A DNA stretch of 64,000 nt from a virus (taxonomy: Duplodnaviria; Caudoviricetes): IMG/VR virus record IMGVR_UViG_3300020434_000055. The stretch is one strand, 5' to 3'. Under the pieces are notes generated by a model. It saw only the letters and a list, made by a program, of their open reading frames with translations, ran no database searches and had not been told where the DNA came from. Shown here one piece after another: positions 28,122-38,800 of this stretch. Made by a program: the position numbers and the translations under genes. How positions within the stretch are numbered: position 1 is the stretch's first letter; each line of letters opens with the position of its first letter.

Positions 28122-28427
28122 TCATTTTAAATATTTCCTTGCATACCATTTATAAAATTTTTTATGTTTAAAATACCACATTACACCTGAATTAGAAACC
28201 TGATCAGATCTTATACAATCTGCAATATCTTGGAATTCGGATTTTGGGAAAGGTTCTGCATGAGTTTCTTTTATAATTTTTATTAATTTTTTATGATTCC
28301 TTTTCTTCTTTACACCTTTGGGTTCAGCCTTTTTTAATGCCTTTTTATGTTGCTTATTATATTCATCTTCACTTATATTAAATGAAAATTCAGCATCACC
28401 ATCCCAGACATTCTTTTTTCTAGCCAT
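28122..28427 (-). CDS. Hypothetical protein
   Basis: ORF track; IADCIRSDQV motif. Confidence 0.6.
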   Translation of the reverse strand: MARKKNVWDGDAEFSFNISEDEYNKQHKKALKKAEPKGVKKKRNHKKLIKIIKETHAEPFPKSEFQDIADCIRSDQVSNSGVMWYFKHKKFYKWYARKYLK

Positions 28428-28687
28428 TAATGCAATCTTCCTTTTCCAATTGGTTCTTCAGTAAAAGGTCTAATTTCTTTAGCAGTTTCCAAAAATGTTT
28501 CTAACAATCTTTGAAAATCGTGTTCATCTAATAATGTTCTGTATTGTCTTAAACCTATAGCAACCATCGTACTAGCAACCATTTGTGGATCTAATTCCAT
28601 TGATTTTTCTACCATGATCTTGAATAAGTCATCATATACTTTTTGATGTGGATCTTGAAAGTCTAAAAATGTTTTCTTCTTCTTCAT
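28427..28687 (-). CDS. Hypothetical protein
   Basis: ORF track; TAATG coupling. Confidence 0.6.
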   Translation of the reverse strand: MKKKKTFLDFQDPHQKVYDDLFKIMVEKSMELDPQMVASTMVAIGLRQYRTLLDEHDFQRLLETFLETAKEIRPFTEEPIGKGRLH

Positions 28688-28792
28688 ATTATTTTTACTA
28701 ATATAACAACTTGTAGAATTATAATCACAACTGGAAGAATTGTTCTAACCAATTCCATTGTATGATTATATTCATCTAGTTTTCTTTCAAAT

Positions 28793-28981
28793 TTATTTCT
28801 TTGCATTTTTTATTGTATCATCCCCTTTTATTTTTTCAAGTAATTCTCTTTGTTGTATTCTTTTCAACACTATTTGTTCTTTTTGAATTTGTTCATTAAG
28901 TTTATGTGACGCTTCATATAAGCCAGTTATCTTACCTAATTGTGCCATATGATCTCCGTGACTATATTTTTTTACTGCCAT
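28793..28981 (-). CDS. Hypothetical coiled-coil protein
   Basis: ORF track; GAGGG SD. Confidence 0.55.
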   Translation of the reverse strand: MAVKKYSHGDHMAQLGKITGLYEASHKLNEQIQKEQIVLKRIQQRELLEKIKGDDTIKNAKK

Positions 28982-29348
28982 TTAACCCTCTAACATTCCT
29001 ATAGTCCATAAAGTTATGACTATTATAATCCATACTTCCATTATTTTACAACCTCCTTCATATACTTCTTACTTCTTCTTTGCATTGATTTAAGAATCTT
29101 CTTACAATCTTTAATCAACACTAATGAATAGATTGATCCGAATAAGATAACCAATAACATTACTACTGAAATAATTAACTCTTTTTCCATAATATTCTCC
29201 TAATTTAATTTTTTATATTGTTTAAGTAAATGCACATATACTTTTTGCCAGTATTGTTTAAACCATGGATCTTGTGCTTTCTCCATCATTTTTTTGGCAT
29301 TAGATATTAATCTATCTTTACTTGGTTCAAACATTTTTGCTAAGGTAT

Positions 29349-29543
29349 TCATTTTCTTAAATCCTTAATTTTTATAATTTCAGTACCATTTTTCCTACTA
29401 GCTAAAAAGCCGTGTCTAATTAATTCGTCTATTATTTTACCTGTAGCTCTTCCATTAGCATAATCATATCCTAACATAAATGCTATTCCTACAATTCCTA
29501 GTACATACGCCGTCAATAATATTGGACTCATTATGCAGTACAC
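29349..29543 (-). CDS. Small membrane protein
   Basis: N-terminal TM helix. Confidence 0.55.
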   Translation of the reverse strand: MYCIMSPILLTAYVLGIVGIAFMLGYDYANGRATGKIIDELIRHGFLASRKNGTEIIKIKDLRK

Positions 29544-29824
29544 CCTTCAAGATATCTTTCATTAATCTTTCCTTCATCAATTAAGTCATCTTCAATTTCT
29601 TTTGGAGACATTCCACTATATCCCTTTTCATTTCTCCATGCTAATTCATCCTCAGCTTCATTCTTTCTTATAATGTCTGATACTCCAACACCGCCTAATT
29701 GATTAAAGCCACCTATCTCAGCGTTTAATTCGTCCTCTGTCCACGCTTCTATTCTCATTGAATAATGAGTTCTATGCACTTTCTTCGCCATTGTTCTCCC
29801 TTTTTGTTTTTCCTGGAAAGCCAT
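29531..29824 (-). CDS. Hypothetical protein (start probably at MAKKVH)
   Basis: ORF track; GGGAGA SD before the second Met. Confidence 0.55.
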   Translation of the reverse strand: MAFQEKQKGRTMAKKVHRTHYSMRIEAWTEDELNAEIGGFNQLGGVGVSDIIRKNEAEDELAWRNEKGYSGMSPKEIEDDLIDEGKINERYLEGCTA

Positions 29825-29996
29825 TTTTACCTAGTAATATATCAATTGTATGATTAAGCTCATACAAATCGCCTTCCAATTTAATGGTTTGCTTAATATC
29901 TGATGTGAATTGTAATTGGTCTTGGATTGAAATTTTTTGTCTAGTTAACTCTGCAACTCTTTGTTTTGTTTCTGTTCTGTCTGTAATTTGTGCCAT
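29772..29996 (-). CDS. Hypothetical coiled-coil protein
   Basis: AGGAG SD; TTGACT-17-TAAAAT promoter upstream. Confidence 0.6.
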   Translation of the reverse strand: MAQITDRTETKQRVAELTRQKISIQDQLQFTSDIKQTIKLEGDLYELNHTIDILLGKNGFPGKTKRENNGEESA

Positions 29997-30055
29997 TTTG
30001 TTTCTCCTAATATACTACTAATTTTAGCATATTTGGTAGTGGAAGTCAATGACGT

Positions 30056-30074
30056 AGAATCCGCTATTTTATTG
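30056..30074 (-). repeat. 19-bp direct repeat, copy 2
   Basis: Identical to 27605-27623; lies 6 nt upstream of a -35 box. Confidence 0.85.
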
Positions 30075-30079
30075 GGTTT

Positions 30080-30310
30080 TTAATAAACAAACAGGTGGTA
30101 TGTTGAGGAATCAGTCCATCTAAAACCACGTTTATGCATTTCTTTTTGTGCGTGGAGTGGTTCGTTGTTAAAAAACTTCCTTTGTTCACCGTTAATAGTA
30201 CAAACATCATATGTTTTATACCCTGGTGCACATGAACCTTTTGCGAACTCAATTGTACCACAACTTGTAAGAAATAATCCTAACATTATAATGGTAATAT
30301 ATCTAATCAT
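30080..30310 (-). CDS. Putative small lipoprotein
   Basis: LTSC lipobox; TTGACA-17-TATAAT at 30365-30337. Confidence 0.6.
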   Translation of the reverse strand: MIRYITIIMLGLFLTSCGTIEFAKGSCAPGYKTYDVCTINGEQRKFFNNEPLHAQKEMHKRGFRWTDSSTYHLFVY

Positions 30311-30391
30311 AATTTGCCTTTTTAGCCTTTCTTATCATTATAGCTTCTTTTGGCTATTGTGTCAAGTAGGTTTTTAATAAGTAGTTGTGCT

Positions 30392-30769
30392 ATGAAACCG
30401 CTAGTACACGAACATTTTTTATTAAGAGCTGAAGTTGAAAATCCTTCAACAAATAGACGCCAAGTCACGAAGTTTCTGAACAAATTAGTCAAGAAAATCA
30501 AGATGAAAACAATGTATGGCCCTGTGACAAGTATTTGTAAACAAGAAGGAAATCGAGGAATAACAGCTTTCGCTATTATTGAAACATCACATATTTCTAT
30601 GCACGTATGGGACGAGTGTAAACCGGGCAAAGTACATTTTGATGTGTATTCTTGTGCTCCATTCAAGCCCGAAGATGTTATTCAACATTTTAAAGAATTT
30701 TTTACAGTATTAAAAATGGATTATAAATTTGTAGATAGAGAAAACAGATTTACAGAAGTTAATCTTTAA
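30392..30769 (+). CDS. speD: S-adenosylmethionine decarboxylase proenzyme (start revised from 30350)
   Basis: G+TA..IIETSHISMHVWDE, FDVYSC..F; TAAGTA 8 nt upstream. Confidence 0.85.
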   Translation: MKPLVHEHFLLRAEVENPSTNRRQVTKFLNKLVKKIKMKTMYGPVTSICKQEGNRGITAFAIIETSHISMHVWDECKPGKVHFDVYSCAPFKPEDVIQHFKEFFTVLKMDYKFVDRENRFTEVNL

Positions 30770-30771
30770 TT

Positions 30772-31071
30772 TTATTCTATTTCATACCATAACAATAACG
30801 ATGGATCTTTAGGTCTCCAACCAAAACGTGGCTCTTGCCAATCGTCCTGACTCATGTCTGCCCACATGGCATCAAATATAACGTCAGAATTAAATTCATC
30901 CTCGTCACATTCAAGTTTTTCTGTAAGCATTTTAATCATATCTATAATCTTCTCATGCAACACTTCTTTGTTAAATGCCTGCAATCGTTGATGGTCCCAA
31001 TAAGGTTTTAGCTCTTCGTATTGTTCTTTGGTTATCATTGAACAACTCCTAGTCATATATTTACTGGTCAT
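30772..31071 (-). CDS. Hypothetical protein
   Basis: ORF track. Confidence 0.55.
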   Translation of the reverse strand: MTSKYMTRSCSMITKEQYEELKPYWDHQRLQAFNKEVLHEKIIDMIKMLTEKLECDEDEFNSDVIFDAMWADMSQDDWQEPRFGWRPKDPSLLLWYEIE

Positions 31072-31444
31072 CGGATTTAAGTTTTCTGTTCTTTTTATAA
31101 TCTTGGTTCTTATGGCTTTTATATGAGTGACAAATTTTACATAATGTTTGTGTATTATCAGCAGTATTGTTTAAAGGATCACCATCTATGTGGTCTAATT
31201 CTAATGCTCCCTTCCAGGGAATAATAGCAGTACATTTATAGCCAAGTCGTTCATCTATATTTTCACAATAAGTTTTCTTAACTTCAGTAACTCCTTCTTC
31301 TAGCACACTTGCACCATAAGATGCCTCATGACATTTCCAACATACAGGTCTCCATCTTTTCGTACCATTTTTATGACTGTGTGAATATGTCACATTTCTA
31401 GTACAACCGTTGTTAATACAAATTGGTGCAATCATATTAGGCAT
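31061..31444 (-). CDS. HNH endonuclease-like Zn-binding protein
   Basis: CxxxxC, CWKCH, LELDHIDG.P.NN...N.QTLCKICH..K; likely start at MIAPIC (31435). Confidence 0.85.
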   Translation of the reverse strand: MPNMIAPICINNGCTRNVTYSHSHKNGTKRWRPVCWKCHEASYGASVLEEGVTEVKKTYCENIDERLGYKCTAIIPWKGALELDHIDGDPLNNTADNTQTLCKICHSYKSHKNQDYKKNRKLKSDDQ

Positions 31445-31518
31445 AGTACTAATATGTACTTAAGAAGTCAAGTAATAAGATGTGTTGACTTTGAATGTAT
31501 TTGACACTAAATATTTGT

Positions 31519-31755
31519 ATGAGAGCAATTGAATTTGTTTATAACGAAGAAGGTCCGGCATCCAAGGCTTTGTGTAAAAGCTCTAAACCAGCTTCTGAAT
31601 TAGGAGCCAGTCAATTAGCTTCATGTAAAAGCCAAGGACTTAGAGCTAGATCCGGTAAAAAATCATATAAAATAGGTAAGAAGAGAGTTAAGGTTGCAGG
31701 CAAAACAATCAAAGGCAAACCTTATGGAGGCCCTCTTCCATTGTACAGCAAATGA
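31519..31755 (+). CDS. Basic phage hypothetical protein (start revised from 31495)
   Basis: MRAIEF... start; TAAATA 5 nt upstream. Confidence 0.65.
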   Translation: MRAIEFVYNEEGPASKALCKSSKPASELGASQLASCKSQGLRARSGKKSYKIGKKRVKVAGKTIKGKPYGGPLPLYSK

Positions 31756-32303
31756 GTTCAATAATGCAAAACAATTGGATTAGAAAAATATTGGTGTCTA
31801 CGCCTATAATGGGTAAAGATTCTACGTTCAATAGAAGTGTAATTTTACTTTACGAAGAATCAGTTCAACATATTGCAGGATTAGTTCTTAATAAACCTTC
31901 AAAAACTCCAGTACAAACTATTTTTAAAATTAAAGGATTTAAACCTCTTGGTCTTAAAGATATGGTTTTTTCTGGCGGTCCTGTAAGTCAAGAAGCTGTA
32001 ATGATTTTACACTCTGACGAATGGAAATGTAATAATACACTTAATTTAGGTAATGGTTTTAGTTTAACTAGTGATGCTAATATGTTAAAAAAAATTCATG
32101 AACAAGACAAACCAAAACAATGGAGAGTGTATAGTGGATTATCTTTATGGAATCCCGGCCAATTAGAGGGAGAAATAAATTCTAAATGCTGGTTAGTTAT
32201 TCAAAAACCTACCCAAGACTTAATTTTAGAAACAAATCCTTTATTGCAATGGCAGAAAGCTATTGACCTTTGCAGTAAAGAAACAATGGATCAATATATC
32301 TAG
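31752..32303 (+). CDS. yqgE: YqgE/AlgH (DUF179) family protein
   Basis: ILVSTP.M..D.TF.RSVILL, GLVLNKP, VFSGGPV, WRVYSGLSLW.PGQLEGEI...W. Confidence 0.88.
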   Translation: MSSIMQNNWIRKILVSTPIMGKDSTFNRSVILLYEESVQHIAGLVLNKPSKTPVQTIFKIKGFKPLGLKDMVFSGGPVSQEAVMILHSDEWKCNNTLNLGNGFSLTSDANMLKKIHEQDKPKQWRVYSGLSLWNPGQLEGEINSKCWLVIQKPTQDLILETNPLLQWQKAIDLCSKETMDQYI

Positions 32304-32342
32304 TCTAATAACCAACCGTTAACATAGCATATAAATATCTTT

Positions 32343-33545
32343 ATGGTACCAATAGATCCCTTCAAAAAAGTTATCGACACATTAAAAGCGAACGGCAATT
32401 ACAGAGTTTTTAACGATGTATTGCGAGAAGCCGGACATTTTCCTAATACAATTTGGTATGGAAAACATAATATTAAAAAAGTAATTAATTGGTGTTCTAA
32501 TGATTATTTAGGCATGGGTCAGCATAAAGTTGTTATGGACGCAATGAGAACAGCATTAGAAACTACAGGTGCGGGTAGTGGTGGAACAAGAAACATATCA
32601 GGGACATCACATTACCATGTAGCTTTAGAAATGGAGTTAGCAAAACTTCATAAAAAGCCAGCATCACTTTTATATACATCAGCCTTTGTTGCAAATGAAT
32701 GGACATTAATTTCTCTTAAAAAAATTATTCCAGATATAGAATTTGTTAGTGATAGTGAAAACCATGCTTCTATAATAGTAGGTATTAAAAATAGTAGAGC
32801 ACTTAAACATATATTTGAACATAATAATTTAGAAGACTTAGAAAAAAAATTAAAACAAGTAAAAGGTACACCTTGCGTAATATTTGAATCTGTATATAGT
32901 ATGGACGGTGACATAGGACATATTAAAGAAATTTGTGATATTGCAGACAAATATAATGCAATAACATTTATTGATGAAGTTCATGCAGTTGGATTATACG
33001 GTCATGAAGGTGCAGGATTTTTAGAAAAATTAGGACTACAAGATAGAGTAGATATTGTTTCTGGTGGCTGTGGTAAAGCATTTGGAGTAGTAGGTGGTTA
33101 CGTTGCCGGAGATGCCACAGTAATAGATGCAATCAGATCTGTGTCTTCAGGATTTATTTTTACTACTAGTAATAGTCCAGTAATATGTGCAGGTGCATTA
33201 GCTTCTGTAAAATTTCTTAGAGATGACGGCGGAAGAGAATTAAGACAACAACACCAACAAGCGGCAAGTCAATTAAGAAAGTTATTATTAGATGCTAATA
33301 TTGATATGGGCACCTCTACATCACATTTAATTCCAGTAATGGTTAGAGATCCAATTAAATGTAAAAAAATGAGTGACGCTTTATTATTAGAACATGACAT
33401 TTATGTTCAGCCTATAAATTCTCCTACGGTTAAACCTGGGACAGAACGATTAAGATTTGCTCCAACACCTTTACATTCTGAATCTATAATACATGATTTA
33501 GTAGACAAACTAAAGAAAGTTATGTTACAATTAGAAAATGAATGA
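32343..33545 (+). CDS. hemA: 5-aminolevulinate synthase (C4/Shemin pathway)
   Basis: NYRVF, WCSNDYLGMGQH, GAGSGGTRNISG, SDSENHAS.I.GI, FESVYSMDGD, DEVHAVGLYG, GKAFGVVGGY, GFIFTT, YVQPIN.PTV..GTERLRF. Confidence 0.96.
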   Translation: MVPIDPFKKVIDTLKANGNYRVFNDVLREAGHFPNTIWYGKHNIKKVINWCSNDYLGMGQHKVVMDAMRTALETTGAGSGGTRNISGTSHYHVALEMELAKLHKKPASLLYTSAFVANEWTLISLKKIIPDIEFVSDSENHASIIVGIKNSRALKHIFEHNNLEDLEKKLKQVKGTPCVIFESVYSMDGDIGHIKEICDIADKYNAITFIDEVHAVGLYGHEGAGFLEKLGLQDRVDIVSGGCGKAFGVVGGYVAGDATVIDAIRSVSSGFIFTTSNSPVICAGALASVKFLRDDGGRELRQQHQQAASQLRKLLLDANIDMGTSTSHLIPVMVRDPIKCKKMSDALLLEHDIYVQPINSPTVKPGTERLRFAPTPLHSESIIHDLVDKLKKVMLQLENE

Positions 33546-34197
33546 ATCCGATTATAAAATAACCCCATTATGGGCAACGCCTTTATTTCAATCGACTCTT
33601 AAAAATATACCACAAGAGTGTAAAGACTATATTATGAAAAACGTTGAGTATAAAAGATATCCTGCTAATAATGGATTTGGATCAAAAAGTAAATTCTTAT
33701 TAGATATTCAAGCTCTTGCTCCACTTAAAAAAGTATTAACAGATGTTACACATGAATACCTTTATAAAATATTAGACATAGACGAATCCGCAGATTTTCA
33801 AATGACTAACAGTTGGTCCGTAAAACATATAAAAGGAGATGAGGCTGGACAACATCATCATGCTAATTCTATGTTAAGTGGAATTTTATATCTTCAAACC
33901 GATGAAAAAACCGGTGATGTTTTATTTGTTAAAGAAAGAAATCATTTTCCGTTATTCAATGATACAATACAAATTCCTTTTAAAGGCAACAACTATAACT
34001 TATATAATGTAGAAGGATGGGCAATAAAACCCAGAAACAATCAATTATTGTTATTTCCTTCACAACTTAGACACGAAGTATATCCAAACGAAAGCGATAC
34101 TGAAAGATATTGTATTGCTTTTAACTTCTTTGCATTTGGCAAATTTGGCTATGACGACCAAGTTCAATTAGGTATTAAAGATGTCACCCGTGACTGA
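33538..34197 (+). CDS. 2OG-Fe(II) oxygenase-like protein (TIGR02466-like)
   Basis: TPLWATP, SW, HHHANSMLSGILY, LLLFPSQLRHEV, RYCIAFN. Confidence 0.88.
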   Translation: MNESDYKITPLWATPLFQSTLKNIPQECKDYIMKNVEYKRYPANNGFGSKSKFLLDIQALAPLKKVLTDVTHEYLYKILDIDESADFQMTNSWSVKHIKGDEAGQHHHANSMLSGILYLQTDEKTGDVLFVKERNHFPLFNDTIQIPFKGNNYNLYNVEGWAIKPRNNQLLLFPSQLRHEVYPNESDTERYCIAFNFFAFGKFGYDDQVQLGIKDVTRD

Positions 34198-35044
34198 TAA
34201 AATTATTATAGGAACCCGTGGCAGTAATTTAGCTTTATCCCAAGCTCGAAGTATTCAAAAATTATTAGAAATTGATTCCGAAATAAAAATTATAAAAACA
34301 TCTGGGGACATCCATGAAAATAAAGCTATTGCTGATATAGGAGGCAAAGGTGTATTTTCAACACAAATTGAACAAGAATTATTAGATTCAAAAATAGATT
34401 TAGCTGTTCACAGTTTAAAAGACCTACCAGGCATAATGACAAAAGGTTTATGTATTAAAGGTGTTGCAAAAAGAAATGATCCCAGAGATGCATTGTTAGG
34501 AAAAATTAAAAAAGGATCTAAAATTGGTACTAGTTCTCCTAGAAGAACTGCCCAATTAAATTATATAAAAAAAGATATAGAAATACTTCCTATTAGAGGT
34601 AATATAGATACTAGAATTAAAAAACTTAAAGATGGACAATATGACGCAATAATATTAGCAATGGCTGGTTTACAAATGCTTGGTTTAGAAAACGAAGTTG
34701 ATAAAATATATGATCTTGATGAAATAAAACCTTGTGCAGGACAAGGCATCATCGCAATACAAACTAGAGACAACAATGATCCTTTAAATGATTTAATTAC
34801 CAAAATAAATGACATACCAACATTTTATCAAGCCCAAGCAGAACGTTCCTTGCTAGAAGCAATTGGAGGGGATTGTCATACTGCATTAGGATGTTATACT
34901 ATGGTATCGGCCTACCATCTTTATCTAACAAGTGAACTATATGTAAATGATAAAAAATATACTGCATCTGGTTCTGGTAATGTTATTGATGCCAAAGACC
35001 TTGGAATCAGAGTTGGTAAAGAATTGTTAGCTCAAACAGACTAA
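34181..35044 (+). CDS. hemC: Porphobilinogen deaminase (hydroxymethylbilane synthase)
   Basis: IGTRGSNLAL.Q, IKTSGD, GGKGVF, DLAVHSLKDLP, DPRDAL, IGTSSPRR, IRGNIDTR, LAMAGL, GQG, GGDC. Confidence 0.96.
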   Translation: MSPVTDKIIIGTRGSNLALSQARSIQKLLEIDSEIKIIKTSGDIHENKAIADIGGKGVFSTQIEQELLDSKIDLAVHSLKDLPGIMTKGLCIKGVAKRNDPRDALLGKIKKGSKIGTSSPRRTAQLNYIKKDIEILPIRGNIDTRIKKLKDGQYDAIILAMAGLQMLGLENEVDKIYDLDEIKPCAGQGIIAIQTRDNNDPLNDLITKINDIPTFYQAQAERSLLEAIGGDCHTALGCYTMVSAYHLYLTSELYVNDKKYTASGSGNVIDAKDLGIRVGKELLAQTD

Positions 35045-35052
35045 ATATTTTT

Positions 35053-35280
35053 ATGCATCAGAAATACAAAGAAGAATTTATTTCAGTTACAGAATTATGG
35101 CAAGATGAAATCAATGAACTTGTAAATTCTATTTCAATATTAAAAACTTCAAACAATCCATTAGATCAAAGATTACGTTGGAAATACGAAATAGTAATTG
35201 ATTATTTAAAAGGAAGAATAGAAGAAGAAACTAGAGGCAACCATGAACATCGTTTGCCTGAGAAACGTACATTACACTAA
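35053..35280 (+). CDS. Hypothetical helical protein
   Basis: TAAATA 5 nt upstream. Confidence 0.6.
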   Translation: MHQKYKEEFISVTELWQDEINELVNSISILKTSNNPLDQRLRWKYEIVIDYLKGRIEEETRGNHEHRLPEKRTLH

Positions 35281-35687
35281 TACGGTCCACAAGTACTAAT
35301 TACCATATACCAAAGCTCATCATATTCCCAAATGTAATCAAGTTCTTCTTTTAGATACTTTTGTTGTAAAGGCCAAGCATCTTTCTCCATTTCTTGAACA
35401 CATTTAAACTTAACATTATTCATATCTTGAATATAGTGTATAAGTTCATGAAGTAATAACCCTTTAGCCCAAGGGTCAGACATATCGGTTTCGCCTCTCA
35501 TATAAATGATCTTTTTCTTTAAATCATAAAAGCCGTGAACATCAGTATTTTCAGGTACATCACCCTTGTAATAATGGTATTCTAATGGTGCTTTGTCCAT
35601 ACGAATAACCTGCGGTACGGGCCAGTCCACATTATAATTTGTATTTGCCCCTATCCAGAGCATTAAAGCTACAATAAGTTCTTTCAT
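35277..35687 (-). CDS. Secreted protein with HExxH zinc-binding motif
   Basis: LLHELIHYIQ; downstream E..AW..Q; hydrophobic N-terminus. Confidence 0.65.
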   Translation of the reverse strand: MKELIVALMLWIGANTNYNVDWPVPQVIRMDKAPLEYHYYKGDVPENTDVHGFYDLKKKIIYMRGETDMSDPWAKGLLLHELIHYIQDMNNVKFKCVQEMEKDAWPLQQKYLKEELDYIWEYDELWYMVISTCGPY

Positions 35688-35813
35688 AATTTCTAATATT
35701 TATTTTTTTATTTTTTAGACTATTAACGAATAACACATAACAGCATTGTTATATGCGTACATTATACTACAGTTATGATTTAAGTTAAATACACTTACAA
35801 GAGGGAAGGGAGT

Positions 35814-38800
35814 ATGTCAGACCATTCAATTGGAAAAATTACAATTGCTGATGGTATCGTTGTAATTCAGCGAGATAATCAGTCTATAGAACTACAAGAA
35901 GGTGATTCTATCTATCTTAATGATATTGTAGAAGCTAAAAGCGGATCTGTTGGTATTACATTTACAGATGAAACTACATTTTCTATAGATGCAGGTTCTC
36001 AAGTAGTTGTAGATGAATTTGTTTACGATCCTGGTAACACAGGATCAATGAATATAAATGTCTTGGCAGGAAACTTCTCTTACATATCTGGGGAAATTTC
36101 TAAAATGGATGGTGACGTAGAAATTGTAACCCCAACTGCTACACTTACAGTTCAAGGTACCAATGTAGCAGGTAAAGTATCATTAGAAGGTGGTGGAGAC
36201 CAAATCGTATTACTTCCTAACGCAGATGGAACAGTAGGACAAGTTTTAATTACCAACCAATCAGGTAGTATATTATTAACTGAAGCATTTCAATCTACAA
36301 CAATTGCATCTGCTTTTATGCCACCAACTGTTCCTGTAATAATTCCTGAAGAAATTGTATTAAAAGAATTTGGTACTACAATTAATACTATGCAAAAAAT
36401 AAAAAAATTAGCAAAACAAGAAGCAGAAGAGGAAGTTGAAGAGGAAGTTGAAGAAGAAATTGAAGAGGAAGTTGAAGAGGAAGTTGAAGATCCATTTGAG
36501 GAAGAAATTAACGAAGAAGAATTAGAAGAATTAGAAGAAGAATTAGAAGAAGAAACACAACCAGTTGTTGACGAAGAAGTGGTTATTGAAGATGATATAT
36601 TTGAAGAAGAGCCAATTGTTGAAGAACAAGAGGATCAACCTGTCGTAGAAGATACAGTTATAGAAGATGAAATTATAAACGATGAACCTGAAGAGGAAGA
36701 TACTACAACAGAAGAGGATACTACAACAGAAGAAGAGGATACTACAACAGAAGAAGAGGATACTTATATACCACCTGTTATTCCTGACCCTGATCCTCCT
36801 GTTATTGAAGAGGACGAAGAAGAAGACATTTATGTACCACCTGTTACTGAAGAGGAAGATAACGACACTTATGTACCACCTGTTACTGAAGAAGATGAGG
36901 AAGAACCGGAAGTTAATGAAGCACCAACATTTGAAACAACAAGTGCTGTATCAGTTGCAGAAAGTCTTTCTAATGGATCAACTCTTGTTACTATGTCAGC
37001 AACAGATCCTAATACAGATACATCATTAAACACATTAACATATTCAATTACAGCAGGAAATGATGAAGGTAAATTTGCAATTAATTCATCAACTGGTGTA
37101 ATAACATATGCGACACAGGCGTCTACATTAACAACTCAAACATTTGAAAGTTTTTCTAATGGAGCAACAGCAACAGGATGGTCTGGTGATAATGCAGTTT
37201 TAGATACTAATAAATGGACAACTGTACTAGGAAAAATTAATGGTAGCATAAGTTCAACTCAAGACGTTTATAAAACATTTGACTATTCATCTGATTACGC
37301 AGGAAAAAGAGTTGCAATAGACTTTTTGTTTTGGGAGTGGGGTACTTGGGACGCACACAATTACAATCCAGATGGTGGAACAGAACAATTCCGTGTATAT
37401 GTTAATGATACAAATGTTGTTGCTGATGACAGACGTAAAGATGGATTTGGTGCAGGTGATAAAAAATATGGAGTAGAAACACAAAGCACTGGTTGGGATC
37501 CAGTACAAGATTCAAGCTTCTACGGTGACCAAGAAGGAGAACTTTATACAGTATATGGCACACTGGACGCAAGTGGAGATTTAAAATTAGGGTTTGGTAT
37601 GCGAGTTGGTGAAAGTGAATCCAATGAATCAGGAGCAATAGATAATTTAAAAATTTACTTAACAGATTTAAACTACGAAGATAATCAACAATATGTATTA
37701 ACCGTTCAAGCAAGTGATGGCAGTTTATCTGCAACCACAACACAAACAATTAATATAACAGATGTAAATGAAGCACCAAGAATGGAAGAAGCCAGAGATC
37801 CTGTATCAGTTGCTGAAGATACTGCTGACAATACAAACATAGCATCAATTTTTGCAGAAGATCCAGACGGTGACGATATTACATATTCAATTACAGCAGG
37901 TAATACAAATAGCAAATTTTCTATTACGTATTACAATTCTACAAATTCAGGTTTAATTGAAACAAACGGATCAATAGATTATGAAACAACACCACAATAT
38001 ACTTTAACTATAACAGCAACTGATGAAGGCGGTTTAACTACAACTACAACACAGGTTATTAATGTAACCAATGTTAACGAAGCACCAACTCTTGCTAGTA
38101 TGAATAATGTATCATTAGCGGAGAGTGTAAGCTCAGGTACATCAGTTGCAACTGCTTCGGGTTCTGATGTTGATGCAAGTACAACTTTAACATATTCAAT
38201 TTCATCTGGAAATAGTGCAGGCAAATTTGCAATTAATTCCAGCACAGGTGCTATTACTACTGCGGCATCACTAGATTATGAAACTACAACATCTTATACG
38301 TTAGTGGTTCAAGTAAGTGATGGATCTTTAACAGCAACTACAAATCAAGTTGTTAATATAACCAATGTTACAGAGCAATTCCAAGGAACAGCTAATTCTG
38401 GTACAGCGGCTACCTGGGGAGCAAATTTTAGTAATGATATGGTATTTGACAACGCATGGGCCAATGCCAAAATAGGATTTTTTGGTGACTTCCATAACTT
38501 TTCTACTTCTGAAAAAAATGTCATAACAAATATAGCAGAGGACTCTGCTGTAGGATTTGATGATGCCTTACACTTCGCTGACGGCTCAATAGACAATTAC
38601 ACATTTAAAGAGTTGTCAAACTATTCTATGGTTGTTGACTCTACGATAAGTGCATCAAATACATTTGACGATGAAGCATTAGTTCTAAACTTGTTAAGAG
38701 CAGGAACCACAGTAATGGTTGTAGGAGAGAACGCATATTGGGACATCGGCAATCACGCCAGTAATATGAAAATAGAATACATGGCAGATTTAATTGACAG

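Noticed and set aside
36426-36900. Tandem repeats as a non-coding repeat locus, and alternative-frame ORF 36682-37029
   Set aside because: The repeats are in-frame units of the acidic linker of the 1326-aa protein; the alternative ORF is a by-product.
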